Source: Alphaproteobacteria bacterium
Lineage (GTDB): Bacteria > Pseudomonadota > Alphaproteobacteria > Methylaequorales > Methylaequoraceae
NCBI GenBank assembly: GCA_045563055.1
Contig: JBJKUR010000012.1
Location: forward strand, 89,167-153,166
DNA: 64,000 nucleotides
Direction: 5' to 3'
The position numbers and the translations under genes were made by a program. The notes under the pieces were generated by a model. The model worked only from the letters and a program-made list of their open reading frames with translations, was not told where the DNA came from and ran no database searches. Shown here piece after piece: positions 19,774 through 29,983 of this stretch. Each line of letters opens with the position of its first letter. Positions within the stretch are counted from its first letter, which is position 1.

Positions 19774-19833
19774 AATTAAATATTTTTTTAATGAGTCGTT
19801 AGTATGTTTGCAAGCTTGCTTTCCATTAACTGC

Positions 19834-19863
19834 AAAAAAGGGGTGGTAACACCCCTTTTTTTT
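19834..19863. terminator. Rho-independent terminator, symmetric (A6 - GGGGTG GTAA CACCCC - T8)
   Basis: A perfect GC-rich 6-bp stem (19840-19845 / 19850-19855) is extendable to 12 bp by the flanking A and T tracts. It has a GNRA-like tetraloop and a T8 tail, and sits 60 nt after the last gene of the cysS-led run. Confidence 0.8.
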
Positions 19864-19933
19864 ATGCATATCACATATTGATGTTAAGGTAATTTATTCA
19901 AAATACTTTAAGTAATTATGATATAAATTAATT

Positions 19934-21265
19934 ATGATGAAATTTGATTTATTTGTTGTTGGTGGCGGATCTGGTGGTGTAAGAGCTGCGAGAGTAGCGT
20001 CATCACTAGGATTAAAAACTGGGTTGGCCGAGAGATGGTCTTTGGGTGGTACTTGTGTAAATAGAGGATGCATTCCAAAAAAACTTTATTCTTATGCTTC
20101 TGTTTTCTCTGAAGAAGTTGAAATAATGAAGGCATTTGGATGGACTTCCGAAAAAAATAAGTTTAATTGGAATAAACTTAGAGGAAGTAAGGTTAAAGAG
20201 TTAAAGAGATTAAATGAGGTATATTTTAATCTTCTGAAAAAATCAAATGTAAAAATTTTTCCTTTTAATGCTGAATTTATTGATAACAAAACACTTAAAA
20301 TCAATAAAAATATTGTCCAGGCTAAAAACATCTTGATTTCAGTAGGAACAAAACCCCGAAACTTAAATTTATGTAAGGAAAAAAAACTCATTTCTTCTGA
20401 TGAAGCATTTGATTTAAAAAAATTACCCCGTAAGATTCTGATATTAGGAGGAGGTTACATTGCTGTAGAGTTCGCATCAATCTTTAATGGTCTTGGAGTG
20501 GACACTACTTTATGTATTAGAGGAGAAAGAATTTTAAAAGAATTCGATCCAGAAATTTCAGGTTTTCTTATGGATCAGATGCAGTTAAGAGGAGTTAAAT
20601 TTTTAATTCATGATTTTCCAACAAAAATACATTTTAAAAATAACAAGTTTAAGGTTTGTTTTTCAAAAAAAACCAAATCTTATGAACAAGTTATGGAGGC
20701 TACTGGAAGGGTTCCAAATCTCGATAAATTAAAAATTAATAACACACAAGTAATATTAAATGAAAATAAGTCAATCATTGTTAACGATTTTTTTCAAACC
20801 TCGGTGAAAAATATTTATGCCATTGGCGATGTAATTAATAGAGTCCAATTAACACCAGTTGCCATCTCAGAGGCAATGATTTTTGTAAAAAATTTAAAAT
20901 CAAAGAAAAAGATGAAATGTAATTATAAAAATATTCCAACTGCTGTTTTTGCAAATCCAAATTATGCATGTGTAGGATATAATGAAATAGACGCCAAAAA
21001 GAAATTTGGAGAAATTTTAGTTTTCAAATCAAATTTTAGATCATTAAAGTACTCTATAACAAAACTTAAAGAAAAAGTTTTTATCAAATTAATTGTAGAT
21101 AAATCTAATGATAGAGTGTTAGGTTTGCATTATATTGGAGAGAATGCTGCTGAAATAATCCAGGGTTTCGCTGTTGCAATAGTTAATGGGCTAACAAAAA
21201 AGCAATTCGATAAAACAATAGGTATTCATCCAACTTGTGCAGAAGAAATAGTAACATTAAAATAA
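19934..21265 (+). CDS. gor: Glutathione-disulfide reductase (class I pyridine nucleotide-disulfide oxidoreductase)
   Basis: 443 aa. GGGSGG is the FAD motif, GGTCVNRGCIPKK the redox-active CxxxxC, and the C-terminal HPTCAEEIVTLK resembles the GR HPT.(S/A)EE.VT(L/M)(R/K) motif. Confidence 0.75.
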   Translation: MMKFDLFVVGGGSGGVRAARVASSLGLKTGLAERWSLGGTCVNRGCIPKKLYSYASVFSEEVEIMKAFGWTSEKNKFNWNKLRGSKVKELKRLNEVYFNLLKKSNVKIFPFNAEFIDNKTLKINKNIVQAKNILISVGTKPRNLNLCKEKKLISSDEAFDLKKLPRKILILGGGYIAVEFASIFNGLGVDTTLCIRGERILKEFDPEISGFLMDQMQLRGVKFLIHDFPTKIHFKNNKFKVCFSKKTKSYEQVMEATGRVPNLDKLKINNTQVILNENKSIIVNDFFQTSVKNIYAIGDVINRVQLTPVAISEAMIFVKNLKSKKKMKCNYKNIPTAVFANPNYACVGYNEIDAKKKFGEILVFKSNFRSLKYSITKLKEKVFIKLIVDKSNDRVLGLHYIGENAAEIIQGFAVAIVNGLTKKQFDKTIGIHPTCAEEIVTLK

Positions 21266-21316
21266 AGAATATTAAGAGTTTGAATTTTAATTTATAAGTT
21301 ATTATAAGTGATTATT

Positions 21317-22667
21317 ATGACTAATAATTGGACCCCACAGTCGTGGCAAAAAAAAAAGAGCTCTGCATCAGCCTGAATATAAAGATGAGTTGCGTTTGAA
21401 GAAAGTAACTCAAAAAATGAAAAAGCTTCCTCCACTTGTATTTGCTGGAGAAATTAGGGAGTTAAAATCAGAATTATCTAAATGTGTTGATGGCAAAGGC
21501 TTTCTTTTGCAGGCTGGAGACTGCGCGGAAAGCTTTGCTGAATTTCATCCTAATTACATCAGAGATACGTTTAGAGTTATTATGCAAATGGCAGTAATAT
21601 TATCATTTGCTTCTGGTGTTCCTGTTGTAAAGTTAGGTAGATTAGCCGGTCAATTTGCTAAGCCAAGGTCGTCCCCATTTGAAAAAAAAGGTGACTTAAC
21701 TCTTCCGAGTTATCTTGGAGATATGATAAATAGTATTGATTTTAATGAGAACGCAAGAAGACCTGATCCTGAAAGAATGATTCAAGCTTACAACCAAGCC
21801 GCATCAACTCAAAATTTGCTAAGGGCATTCGCATACGGAGGATATGCAGATTTATCAACAATTCAAAACTGGAACCTGGACTTTGTAAAAAAATCTAGAC
21901 AAGGTTCAAATTTTAAGAATCTTGCTAACAGAATTTCTGAATGCTTATCTTTTATGAATGCTTGCGGTGTTAATAACGAAAATGTTAGACAACTATCAGA
22001 AACAAAATTTTTTATCTCACATGAGGCCCTTCTTCTTCCTTATGAATCAGCATTTACCAGAATAGATAGTACCACAGGTGATTGGTATAATGTAAGCGCC
22101 CATTTACTTTGGATAGGAGACAGAACACGGCAAATAACTGGAGCACATGTCGAGTTTTGTTCTGGAATAAGCAATCCTATTGGAATTAAAGTTGGCCCCT
22201 CTACAGATAAAGATGACTTAATTAAGATAATAAAAAAAATTAATCCAAACAATGAAAAGGGTAAAATTCTTCTAATTGTTAGGATGGGAGCTAAGGACAT
22301 TGACAACCTTTTCCCTCCAATTCTAAGATCTATCATAAAAGCAAAATTGAATGTTGTATGGTCATGTGATCCTATGCATGCAAATACTGAAAAGGCAAGA
22401 AGTGGATTTAAAACAAGAGTTTATAAAAACATTCTTTCTGAAGTTAAATCATTTTTTAAAATACACAAAAATGAAAATAGTTATGCAGGGGGTATACATC
22501 TCGAAATGACGGGTCAAAACGTAACGGAGTGTATGGGTGGTATGCAAAAGATTTCATCAAAAGATTTGAGTAGTAGATATCATACACACTGCGACCCTAG
22601 ATTAAATGCCTCACAATCCTTAGAACTAGCTTTTACAATTGCTTCATATCTTAAAAATTTAAAATAA
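21317..22667 (+). pseudogene. Class II 3-deoxy-D-arabino-heptulosonate-7-phosphate synthase, N-terminus displaced by a +1 frameshift in an A10 run (21348-21357); probably intact in vivo
   Basis: The ATG at 21317 gives MTNNWTPQSWQKKK..., then a stop. Removing one A joins it to ...RALHQPEYKDELRLKKVTQKMKKLPPLVFAGE of ORF 21390-22667. W.P.SW....Q.P.Y.D is the usual class II DAHPS N-terminus. Confidence 0.85.
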
Positions 22668-22680
22668 TACAGGCAGGTAA

Positions 22681-24309
22681 ATTATAAAAATCTTCGTTTC
22701 TCAGATTAATACTAATGTTGGTGATATAGAGGGGAATTTTAGAGTTTTAAAAGAATCTTACAAAAATGCTTGTATCAGAAATAGTGATCTATTTATTTCA
22801 CCAGAGTTATCACTAACCGGGTATCCTCCCCAAGACTTGTTACTGAGAAAAGATTTTCACAAGAAAATAGAAATATATAAAAAAAAAATAATTTATCTTA
22901 CAAAAAGAACCAAAACTATCTTTGCTTTGAATATTCCTGAAATTTATCGTCAAGAAATTATAAACTCTCTTCAATTATTTAAGGATGGAAAATTGATTTA
23001 TAATTGTCAAAAAGTAGAATTACCTAATTATGGAGTATTTGATGAGAAACGTTATTTTACCTCTAATAATTCTAATCAAGATCCATTCAAATTTAAAAAT
23101 TTAAAAATCAAATTTTTAATTTGTGAAGATATGTGGGCTGAAAATTATTTTACCCAATCAAATAAAGATTTAGATTTGATTATTATTATAAATGCATCGC
23201 CCTATGAAATTAATAAATTCCCTTTAAGAGAAAAGATTGCATCCAAAAAAGCAAAATATTCTAATGCAAAACTGATTTATTTGAATTTAGTAGGATCTCA
23301 AGACGAATTAATTTTTGATGGAGGGTCTTTTTTCATGAATCAATCCGGAAAAATCATAGAACAAATTTCTTTTTTTAAGAAGGCAGAGAAATCAATAAAT
23401 GTTTTTGAAGATCAGTTACCTAAAAAAAAAAATACAATTAATAAAATTGAACATTTATATAGAGCATTGATGTTGGCAATTAAAAATTATTTTGAAAAAA
23501 ATAATTTTAAATCCTTGTCTATTGGATTGTCGGGAGGGATCGACTCAGCTCTTTGCTTAGCAATAATGTGTGATACATTTAAGTCTGGTGATGTCTTTTC
23601 ATATTTTCTTCCAACAATATTTACTAGTGAAGAAAGCCAAGTTGATGCGAAAAGCTTATCAAGAAATCTTAATATCAAGACTAGAGAAATCTCCATTGAA
23701 TCATTACGTAAAAATGTATTATCAAAATTAACACCATATTTTGTAAATTTAGAAGAGGATGTCACGGAAGAAAATATTCAGTCTAGGCTAAGGGGACTAA
23801 TTTTGATGGCCTTGTCTAATAAAAAGAAATCATTACTTATTACAACTGGTAATAAATCAGAACTAGCAGTAGGATATTCTACTCTATACGGAGATATGTG
23901 TGGAGGGTTCTCTTTATTAAAAGATGTTTATAAAACAAAAGTTTTTGAACTATGCGAATGGAGAAATAAAAATATTTTAGATGAATTTAGAGTAAAAAAA
24001 ATGAATATAATTCCAAATCGAATAATTACAAAAGAGCCAACAGCTGAATTAAAATTTAATCAAATGGATAAAGATAGTCTTCCACCATATAATATTCTCG
24101 ATGGAATATTAGAACTTCTTATCGATGAGAGACGTGATTTGAAATTTCTAACTAAAAAAGGATATTCAATAAATTTAGTGAGAAAAGTATGGAAGATGAT
24201 AAAAAATTCTGAATTTAAAAGATTTCAAAGTGCTATTGGACCAAAAATTTCTGGTGAATCACTATCAGGAGACAGAAGATTCCCTGTAACTAACAAGTAT
24301 GAATTATAG
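22681..24309 (+). CDS. nadE: Glutamine-dependent NAD+ synthetase (N-terminal CN-hydrolase domain plus C-terminal NAD synthetase domain); non-canonical start
   Basis: The track ORF starts at TTG 22837, but the frame is open from 22681 (just after an in-frame TAA). It encodes [20 protein letters not shown]...[10 protein letters not shown], the conserved start of the nitrilase-like domain including the catalytic Glu. SGGIDS is the PP-loop. Confidence 0.8.
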   Translation: MIKIFVSQINTNVGDIEGNFRVLKESYKNACIRNSDLFISPELSLTGYPPQDLLLRKDFHKKIEIYKKKIIYLTKRTKTIFALNIPEIYRQEIINSLQLFKDGKLIYNCQKVELPNYGVFDEKRYFTSNNSNQDPFKFKNLKIKFLICEDMWAENYFTQSNKDLDLIIIINASPYEINKFPLREKIASKKAKYSNAKLIYLNLVGSQDELIFDGGSFFMNQSGKIIEQISFFKKAEKSINVFEDQLPKKKNTINKIEHLYRALMLAIKNYFEKNNFKSLSIGLSGGIDSALCLAIMCDTFKSGDVFSYFLPTIFTSEESQVDAKSLSRNLNIKTREISIESLRKNVLSKLTPYFVNLEEDVTEENIQSRLRGLILMALSNKKKSLLITTGNKSELAVGYSTLYGDMCGGFSLLKDVYKTKVFELCEWRNKNILDEFRVKKMNIIPNRIITKEPTAELKFNQMDKDSLPPYNILDGILELLIDERRDLKFLTKKGYSINLVRKVWKMIKNSEFKRFQSAIGPKISGESLSGDRRFPVTNKYEL

Positions 24310-24311
24310 AA

Positions 24312-25653
24312 ATGCTAAGATTTGCACCTAGTCCAACTGGTTTTTTACATATGGGCAATATAAGAATTGCTTTATTAAACTTTTTATATGCTAAAAAAAA
24401 TAATATTGGTTTTTTTTTTAAGAATTGATGATACAGATGCTGAAAGATCAAGAAAAGAGTATGTTGACTCAATAATTGATGATTTGGGTTGGTTGGGTAT
24501 AAATTATATCAAAATTATTAGACAATCAGAAAGGATGAAAAAATATAAAGAAGTATTTAATCTATTAAATTCAAAAAACCAAATTTATCCATGTTTTGAA
24601 TCTTCTGAAGAGTTATCTCTAAAAAGGAAAATTCAGTTGAAACAAGGAAAGCCTCCAATCTATGACAGAGCTTCTTTGAATTTAAAAAAAAGCGAGGTAT
24701 CACAACTTTTAAGGTCTGGAAAAAAGCCTCACTGGAGACTTAAACTAGATGATGATCCAATTAAATGGGAAGACATGATTCATGGCGAAATAATTTTTAA
24801 TAATTTATCTGTTTCAGACCCAGTTGTGTTTAGGTCTGATGAAATGCCTTTATTTACGATCACTTCAGTTGTTGACGACGCAGATATGAAAGTGACTAAT
24901 ATATTTAGAGGGGATGATCATATAACAAATACTGCCGCACAAATACAATTATTTAAGTTCATTGATTCTTCGATTCCTAAATTTGGACATTTCCCCCTTA
25001 TGAATTTGAAGTCTGGCAAGGGTTTGTCTAAGAGATCAAATTCTTATTCAATAAAAAAGTGCAGAGGCGATAAAATATTTTCAATTGTCATTATGAATTA
25101 TTTACAAAAAATAGGAACAAGCGAATCAATGGAATATATGGAAAATCTTGAGACTTTGATTTCAAAATTTGATTTAAGAAAATTTTCTAAAAGTTCTGTA
25201 ATATTTGATCCAGAGGATATAGAGAGATTGAATTCTAAATATCTCAAAAATTTAAACCTAAGTGAAATAAATGACAAGTTCGATTCAAATTTTAATATTA
25301 ATGAACATTTTTGGTCTATTATTAGATCCAATGTGGATTCAATTGATGAAATAACAGATTGGTTTGATTTGATAAATAATGAATTTGAGATAAAAGATTC
25401 TATAATCTTAAAAAAAGGTCTAAAGAAAGTTATCTTAGATTGCTTACCAAATGATATTGGGAAAGAAACATGGTCAAAGTGGACAAATAATATTTTAAAT
25501 AATTACAATATGAAGCCTAAAGATTTATTTGTCGATCTTAGAGTAATATTGACTGGAAAGAAATTTGGTCCGAGTATGAATGATTTGCTGACTTTATTTA
25601 AAAAAGATGAGATTATAAAAAGGATAGAAGCTAATAGTGAAGAAGAAGATTAA
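24312..25653 (+). pseudogene. gltX: Glutamate--tRNA ligase, interrupted by a +1 frameshift in a T10 run (24410-24419); probably intact in vivo
   Basis: The ATG at 24312 gives [36 protein letters not shown], then a stop. The next frame continues [11 protein letters not shown]... (ORF 24388-25653). A HIGH-like HMGN and a KMSKS-like GLSKRS are present. Confidence 0.9.
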
Positions 25654-27211
25654 ATTATATGACAGTACCTTGCGCGACGGTGCACAAACGAAAGGAATAA
25701 ATTTCAGTCTTGATGACAAATTAAAAATTGTAAATATTCTTGATGATGCAGGTATTGACTATATTGAGGGAGGTTGGCCAGGTGCTAATCCTACAGATGA
25801 TGTTTTTTTTAGAAAATTGCCAAAATTAAAAAATTCTAAAGCTGTTGCTTTTGGAATGATGAGGAAACATGGAAAGAGTGCAAAAAATGATCCAGGTCTA
25901 AATGCAGTTCTTAATAGTGGTGTTCCATCATCTTGCCTGGTTGGAAAATCTTGGGATTTCCATGTTAAAAATGCACTTAAAATTACATTAAATGAAAATT
26001 TAGATATGATCGGAGAGTCTATTCAATATGCAACAAAAAAAATGGATGAGGTATTATTTGATGCTGAACATTTTTTTGACGGGTATAAAAATAATTCTGA
26101 ATATGCTATTAAAGCGATTGAAGTAGCAAATGAAGCTGGCGCAGACTGGATAATCTTATGTGATACAAACGGAGGAACACTTCCTTATGAGCTAGAAACA
26201 ATTTTAAAAGATGTAAAAAAGAAAATTCCACAAGAAAAACTAGGTGTTCATTTTCATAACGATACTGATAATGCTACCTATAATTCTATAGAATCTGTAA
26301 GAAATGGTGTTTGTCAAGTTCAAGGGACATTCAATGGATTAGGTGAAAGATGTGGAAATGCAAATTTAATCAACGTTGCCGCAAATTTAATATTAAAAAT
26401 GAATTATGACTGTAATTTAAAAAAAAAAACAAATAAATTAACAAAAATGAGTAGGTTTATTGATGAAACTCTTAATAGAGAATCTGCTAGAAATCTTCCG
26501 TTTGTCGGGACAGCAGCCTTTGCACATAAAGGTGGACTTCATATATCAGCTGTTGAAAAAGATCCTAGGTGTTATGAGCATATTAATCCTGGAGAGGTTG
26601 GAAACGAGAGAGTCCTGGTTGTTTCAAATCAATCTGGGAAAAGCAACATAATAAATAAGCTTAAAAAACTTAAAATTAAAATTGATAATAAAGATAAAAG
26701 AGTTTCTAGTTTCTTGGAAACAATAAAACAACAAGAATTTTTGGGATATGCTTATGATGGAGCAGAGGCGAGTTTTGAATTACTTGCTAAACGGAAATTC
26801 TCAAAATTTAAAGAGTTTTATAGTTTAGAAAGCTTTAAAGTTTCTGACGAAAAAAGAAAAAATATAAAAGATCAATTTGTGCCCTTTTCAGAAGCAAGAG
26901 TAAAAATATTTGTTGGTAAGAAAGAGTTTTTTAGTGCTGCAGAAGGAAACGGTCCCATTCATGCTCTTGATTTAGCACTAAGAAATGCACTATCAAAATT
27001 CTTTCCCAGAATTAAAAAATTAAATCTTGTGGATTATAAAGTTAGAATTTTAACGCCAAAAGATGGAACCAAAGCTCTCGTAAGGGTCAGGATTGAATCA
27101 AAAAATGAGAGACTTAAATGGTCAACAATCGGGGTTTCATATAATGTAATCGATGCATCTTATATAGCCTTACATGATAGTATTACATACCATTTATTAA
27201 AATCAAAGTAG
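25637..27211 (+). CDS. cimA: (R)-citramalate synthase / 2-isopropylmalate synthase family
   Basis: 524 aa. It has LYDSTLRDGAQ, a HFHNDTDNA metal site and a C-terminal LeuA-dimer-like regulatory domain. The GTG start overlaps the gltX end. Confidence 0.8.
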   Translation: MKKKIKLYDSTLRDGAQTKGINFSLDDKLKIVNILDDAGIDYIEGGWPGANPTDDVFFRKLPKLKNSKAVAFGMMRKHGKSAKNDPGLNAVLNSGVPSSCLVGKSWDFHVKNALKITLNENLDMIGESIQYATKKMDEVLFDAEHFFDGYKNNSEYAIKAIEVANEAGADWIILCDTNGGTLPYELETILKDVKKKIPQEKLGVHFHNDTDNATYNSIESVRNGVCQVQGTFNGLGERCGNANLINVAANLILKMNYDCNLKKKTNKLTKMSRFIDETLNRESARNLPFVGTAAFAHKGGLHISAVEKDPRCYEHINPGEVGNERVLVVSNQSGKSNIINKLKKLKIKIDNKDKRVSSFLETIKQQEFLGYAYDGAEASFELLAKRKFSKFKEFYSLESFKVSDEKRKNIKDQFVPFSEARVKIFVGKKEFFSAAEGNGPIHALDLALRNALSKFFPRIKKLNLVDYKVRILTPKDGTKALVRVRIESKNERLKWSTIGVSYNVIDASYIALHDSITYHLLKSK

Positions 27212-27214
27212 ACT

Positions 27215-27943
27215 ATGAGGTCAAACACATCACCAGATATTATTTTGGTTGAAACTCAAATACCTGAGAATTTAGGGGCAACTGCCAGAGCAATGTTGAA
27301 TTTTAATTTAAAGAAACTCAGAATTGTTTCACCTTTATTTGATCTATCAAATGAAAAGATTTTACCTTTATCAGCAGGGGCAGATGATGTAATTAAAACA
27401 ATAAAAAAGTTTGATACATTTGAAGAATCAGTTAAGGAATTTAATATTTTAGTTGCTACAACAAATAGATTAAGATCCATAAAAAAAAAAAAAATTAACT
27501 TTCATAAATTAAATAAATTAATTAAAAAAAAATCTAACAGAGTTGGGATTGTTTTTGGCCCTGAAAAAAGTGGGTTAAATAATAATCATTTATCAATGTG
27601 TGATTATATATTGAGAATAGATACTAATCCAAAGTTTTCTTCCTTAAATCTTTCTCATGCGGTTTCTTTAGTTGCATATGAAATGATGAAAGGGAATCTA
27701 GAAACCAGCATAAAATCTAATTATAAAAGTGAAGTTATCCCAGCTCCTAAAAAAGATCTTATGAATTTTTTTAAAGTATTAGAGAATGAGTTAGAAAAAA
27801 CAAATTTTTTTGTAGTTAAAGAGAGAAGAAAAATAATTACCCAAAAAATAAGAAATATTTTTGGTAAAATAGGTTTAACCTCCAAAGATTTAGCTACATT
27901 GATTGGAGTCATCAAAAGTCTAAAAAAAAACAAACAAAAGTAA
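27215..27943 (+). CDS. trmJ: SpoU/TrmH-family RNA 2'-O-methyltransferase (TrmJ-like)
   Basis: 242 aa. IILVETQIPENLGATARAML and GIVFGPEKSGL...LNLSHAV are SPOUT motifs typical of TrmJ/LasT. Confidence 0.7.
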   Translation: MRSNTSPDIILVETQIPENLGATARAMLNFNLKKLRIVSPLFDLSNEKILPLSAGADDVIKTIKKFDTFEESVKEFNILVATTNRLRSIKKKKINFHKLNKLIKKKSNRVGIVFGPEKSGLNNNHLSMCDYILRIDTNPKFSSLNLSHAVSLVAYEMMKGNLETSIKSNYKSEVIPAPKKDLMNFFKVLENELEKTNFFVVKERRKIITQKIRNIFGKIGLTSKDLATLIGVIKSLKKNKQK

Positions 27944-27944
27944 A

Positions 27945-27972
27945 TTGACATAAAAGAAATTAAAAGTATATT
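27945..27972 (+). promoter_or_regulatory. Candidate sigma70-type promoter (TTGACA - 16 nt - TATATT) for rpsD
   Basis: The -35 lies at 27945-27950 and the -10 at 27967-27972. The rpsD ATG at 27981 is 8 nt past the -10, and there is no SD. Confidence 0.35.
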
Positions 27973-27980
27973 CCCAACAT

Positions 27981-28598
27981 ATGAGTAGAATAATTAAATC
28001 TAAATACAAGGTTGATAGACGACTAAGATGTAACCTGTGGGGTCGTCCAAAAAGTCCATTTAACAGAAGAGATTATCCCCCTGGAATGAATGGACAGAGT
28101 AGACGAAAGAAACCCTCAGATTTTGGAATTCAACTTATGGCTAAACAAAAACTTAAATGCCATTACGGTTATATTACTGAAAAACAATTTAGAAATACTT
28201 TTTTTAAAGCTTCTAAGATAAAAGGCAATACCAGTGAAAATCTTATAGAACTTCTTGAGAGAAGACTAGATGCTACTGTCTACAGAATGAAATTTTCAAC
28301 GACAATCTTTGCAGCAAGACAGTTTGTCAGTCATGGACATGTCTTAGTTAATAATAAGAAAGTGACTATCGCGTCATATCAACTAAATGATGGTGATGTC
28401 GTCGAAGTCAAAGAGAAAAGTAGGGAGATCCCAACCCTTCTTGAAGCAATCAGCTCTACAGAAAGAGAAACACCTGAATATTTGTCTGTTGATTATGACA
28501 AACTAAAAGGAACCTTTTTAAAAGGTCCCAAACCTGATGAAGTTCCTTATCCAGTCGTAATGGAGCCAAATCTCGTGATTGAATATTACTCTAGATAG
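27981..28598 (+). CDS. rpsD: 30S ribosomal protein S4
   Basis: 205 aa. It has a typical S4 N-terminus and an S4 RNA-binding domain (LERRLD..VYR..FA.T...ARQ.V.HGH..VN). Confidence 0.95.
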   Translation: MSRIIKSKYKVDRRLRCNLWGRPKSPFNRRDYPPGMNGQSRRKKPSDFGIQLMAKQKLKCHYGYITEKQFRNTFFKASKIKGNTSENLIELLERRLDATVYRMKFSTTIFAARQFVSHGHVLVNNKKVTIASYQLNDGDVVEVKEKSREIPTLLEAISSTERETPEYLSVDYDKLKGTFLKGPKPDEVPYPVVMEPNLVIEYYSR

Positions 28599-28657
28599 CT
28601 AGACTCTATACATTGAATTGGTTTGACTTAATATTTAAATTAAAGTAGTCAATTAAA

Positions 28658-29401
28658 ATGACCATAAGTGCACTTATAATTGCCAGAAATGAGGAAAAAA
28701 AAATCCAGAGATCACTAAAGTCACTAGATTTTGTGAATGAAATAATTGTCATTCTCGATAGGACAACGGATAAAACTAAATCCAAGTCAGTTTTATACAC
28801 TAATAAAATTTATGGAGGTTCCTGGGAATCCGAAGGTGAAAGAAGAAATTATGGTATATCAAAATGCAATTCAGATTGGATTTTAGAAATTGATGCAGAT
28901 GAAGTTGTAAGTAAAAAACTTGCTAATGAAATTTTAGAAAAAACAAACCATAGTGATTCTGATTTTTATTATATACCTATTAAGAATTACGTAGGAGAGT
29001 TGGCTGTACCTTATGGCTGGATGTCTTGTATGGCTCCTGATGGAAAGTTTTCACTATTCAAGAAAAATTGTAAAAATTGGGCTAATGGAAGAGTACACCC
29101 TAGTTATAAATTAGTAGGGAGGAAAGGGGAAACACTTATTAATCCTATAGATCATTTTATGTCTAATAGTATTTCGGATCTTTTAAAAAGATTTAACAGA
29201 AATTCGAGTTTATACGCAGAGGATTTAAAGTCAGAAAAAAATAATTTAAAGAAGCTAAGGTCTTTACGAAAAGTTTTCTCTAGATTTATTAAATCTTATA
29301 TATCTAGAAAAGGATATAAGTCGGGTGGTGTAGGCATTTTGATAGGTATATTGTGCGCAATTTACCCTTTTGTTTCAGCTATAAAATCAAAAAATGACTA
29401 A
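28658..29401 (+). CDS. Family 2 glycosyltransferase (LPS core WaaE/KdtX-like)
   Basis: 247 aa. ISALIIARNEEKKIQRSLKSL...EIDADE is the GT2 pattern, and there is a C-terminal hydrophobic helix. Confidence 0.7.
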   Translation: MTISALIIARNEEKKIQRSLKSLDFVNEIIVILDRTTDKTKSKSVLYTNKIYGGSWESEGERRNYGISKCNSDWILEIDADEVVSKKLANEILEKTNHSDSDFYYIPIKNYVGELAVPYGWMSCMAPDGKFSLFKKNCKNWANGRVHPSYKLVGRKGETLINPIDHFMSNSISDLLKRFNRNSSLYAEDLKSEKNNLKKLRSLRKVFSRFIKSYISRKGYKSGGVGILIGILCAIYPFVSAIKSKND

Positions 29402-29403
29402 TT

Positions 29404-29739
29404 TTATTGTTTGATATTAAATTTGATTCCTTTTTTAGACAGAATTTCCTCGATTTCTCCATTTTCAGCCAAATCTTTAAGAATATCAAATCCTCCAATA
29501 AATTCTTTCTTTAAATAAATTTGGGGTATAGTAGGCCAATCAGAGAATGACTTAATTCCTTCTCTTAATTCCAAATCTTCGAGTACATTATAGCTTTGAA
29601 ACTTTACACCTAAATAGTTTAATATTCCGACTACATTTGCTGAAAAACCACATTGAGGAAAGTCTGGTGTGCCCTTCATGAAAAGTGTAACATCATCATT
29701 TGCAATCATTTGGTTAATTTTTTCATTAATATCTTTCAT
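29404..29739 (-). CDS. grxD: Monothiol glutaredoxin (Grx4 family)
   Basis: 111 aa with a CGFS active site and WPTIPQIY. Confidence 0.9.
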   Translation of the reverse strand: MKDINEKINQMIANDDVTLFMKGTPDFPQCGFSANVVGILNYLGVKFQSYNVLEDLELREGIKSFSDWPTIPQIYLKKEFIGGFDILKDLAENGEIEEILSKKGIKFNIKQ

Positions 29740-29752
29740 ATTTTTCCTTTCT

Positions 29753-29983
29753 CTAATTTTCAGAAGTTGTTAGCATAAGAGCATGCAGAGTTGTTCCCAT
29801 GTGAGTTCCTAATGCGTTATATACTAGTTTGTGTTGATTGATTTTTGACAAACCTTTAAATGTTGAAGAGGTAACTTTTGCATGATAATGATTATTATCA
29901 CCTCTAAGATCCTCAATTTCGATCTTCGCATCCGGTATTTTTTTCTTAATTAAACTTTCAACTTCTTTTATACTTAATGTCAT
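29753..29983 (-). CDS. BolA-family protein
   Basis: 76 aa. ...H.A.V.S..F.G.S...QH..VY.AL... is the BolA signature. It is adjacent to grxD, its usual partner. Confidence 0.85.
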   Translation of the reverse strand: MTLSIKEVESLIKKKIPDAKIEIEDLRGDNNHYHAKVTSSTFKGLSKINQHKLVYNALGTHMGTTLHALMLTTSEN

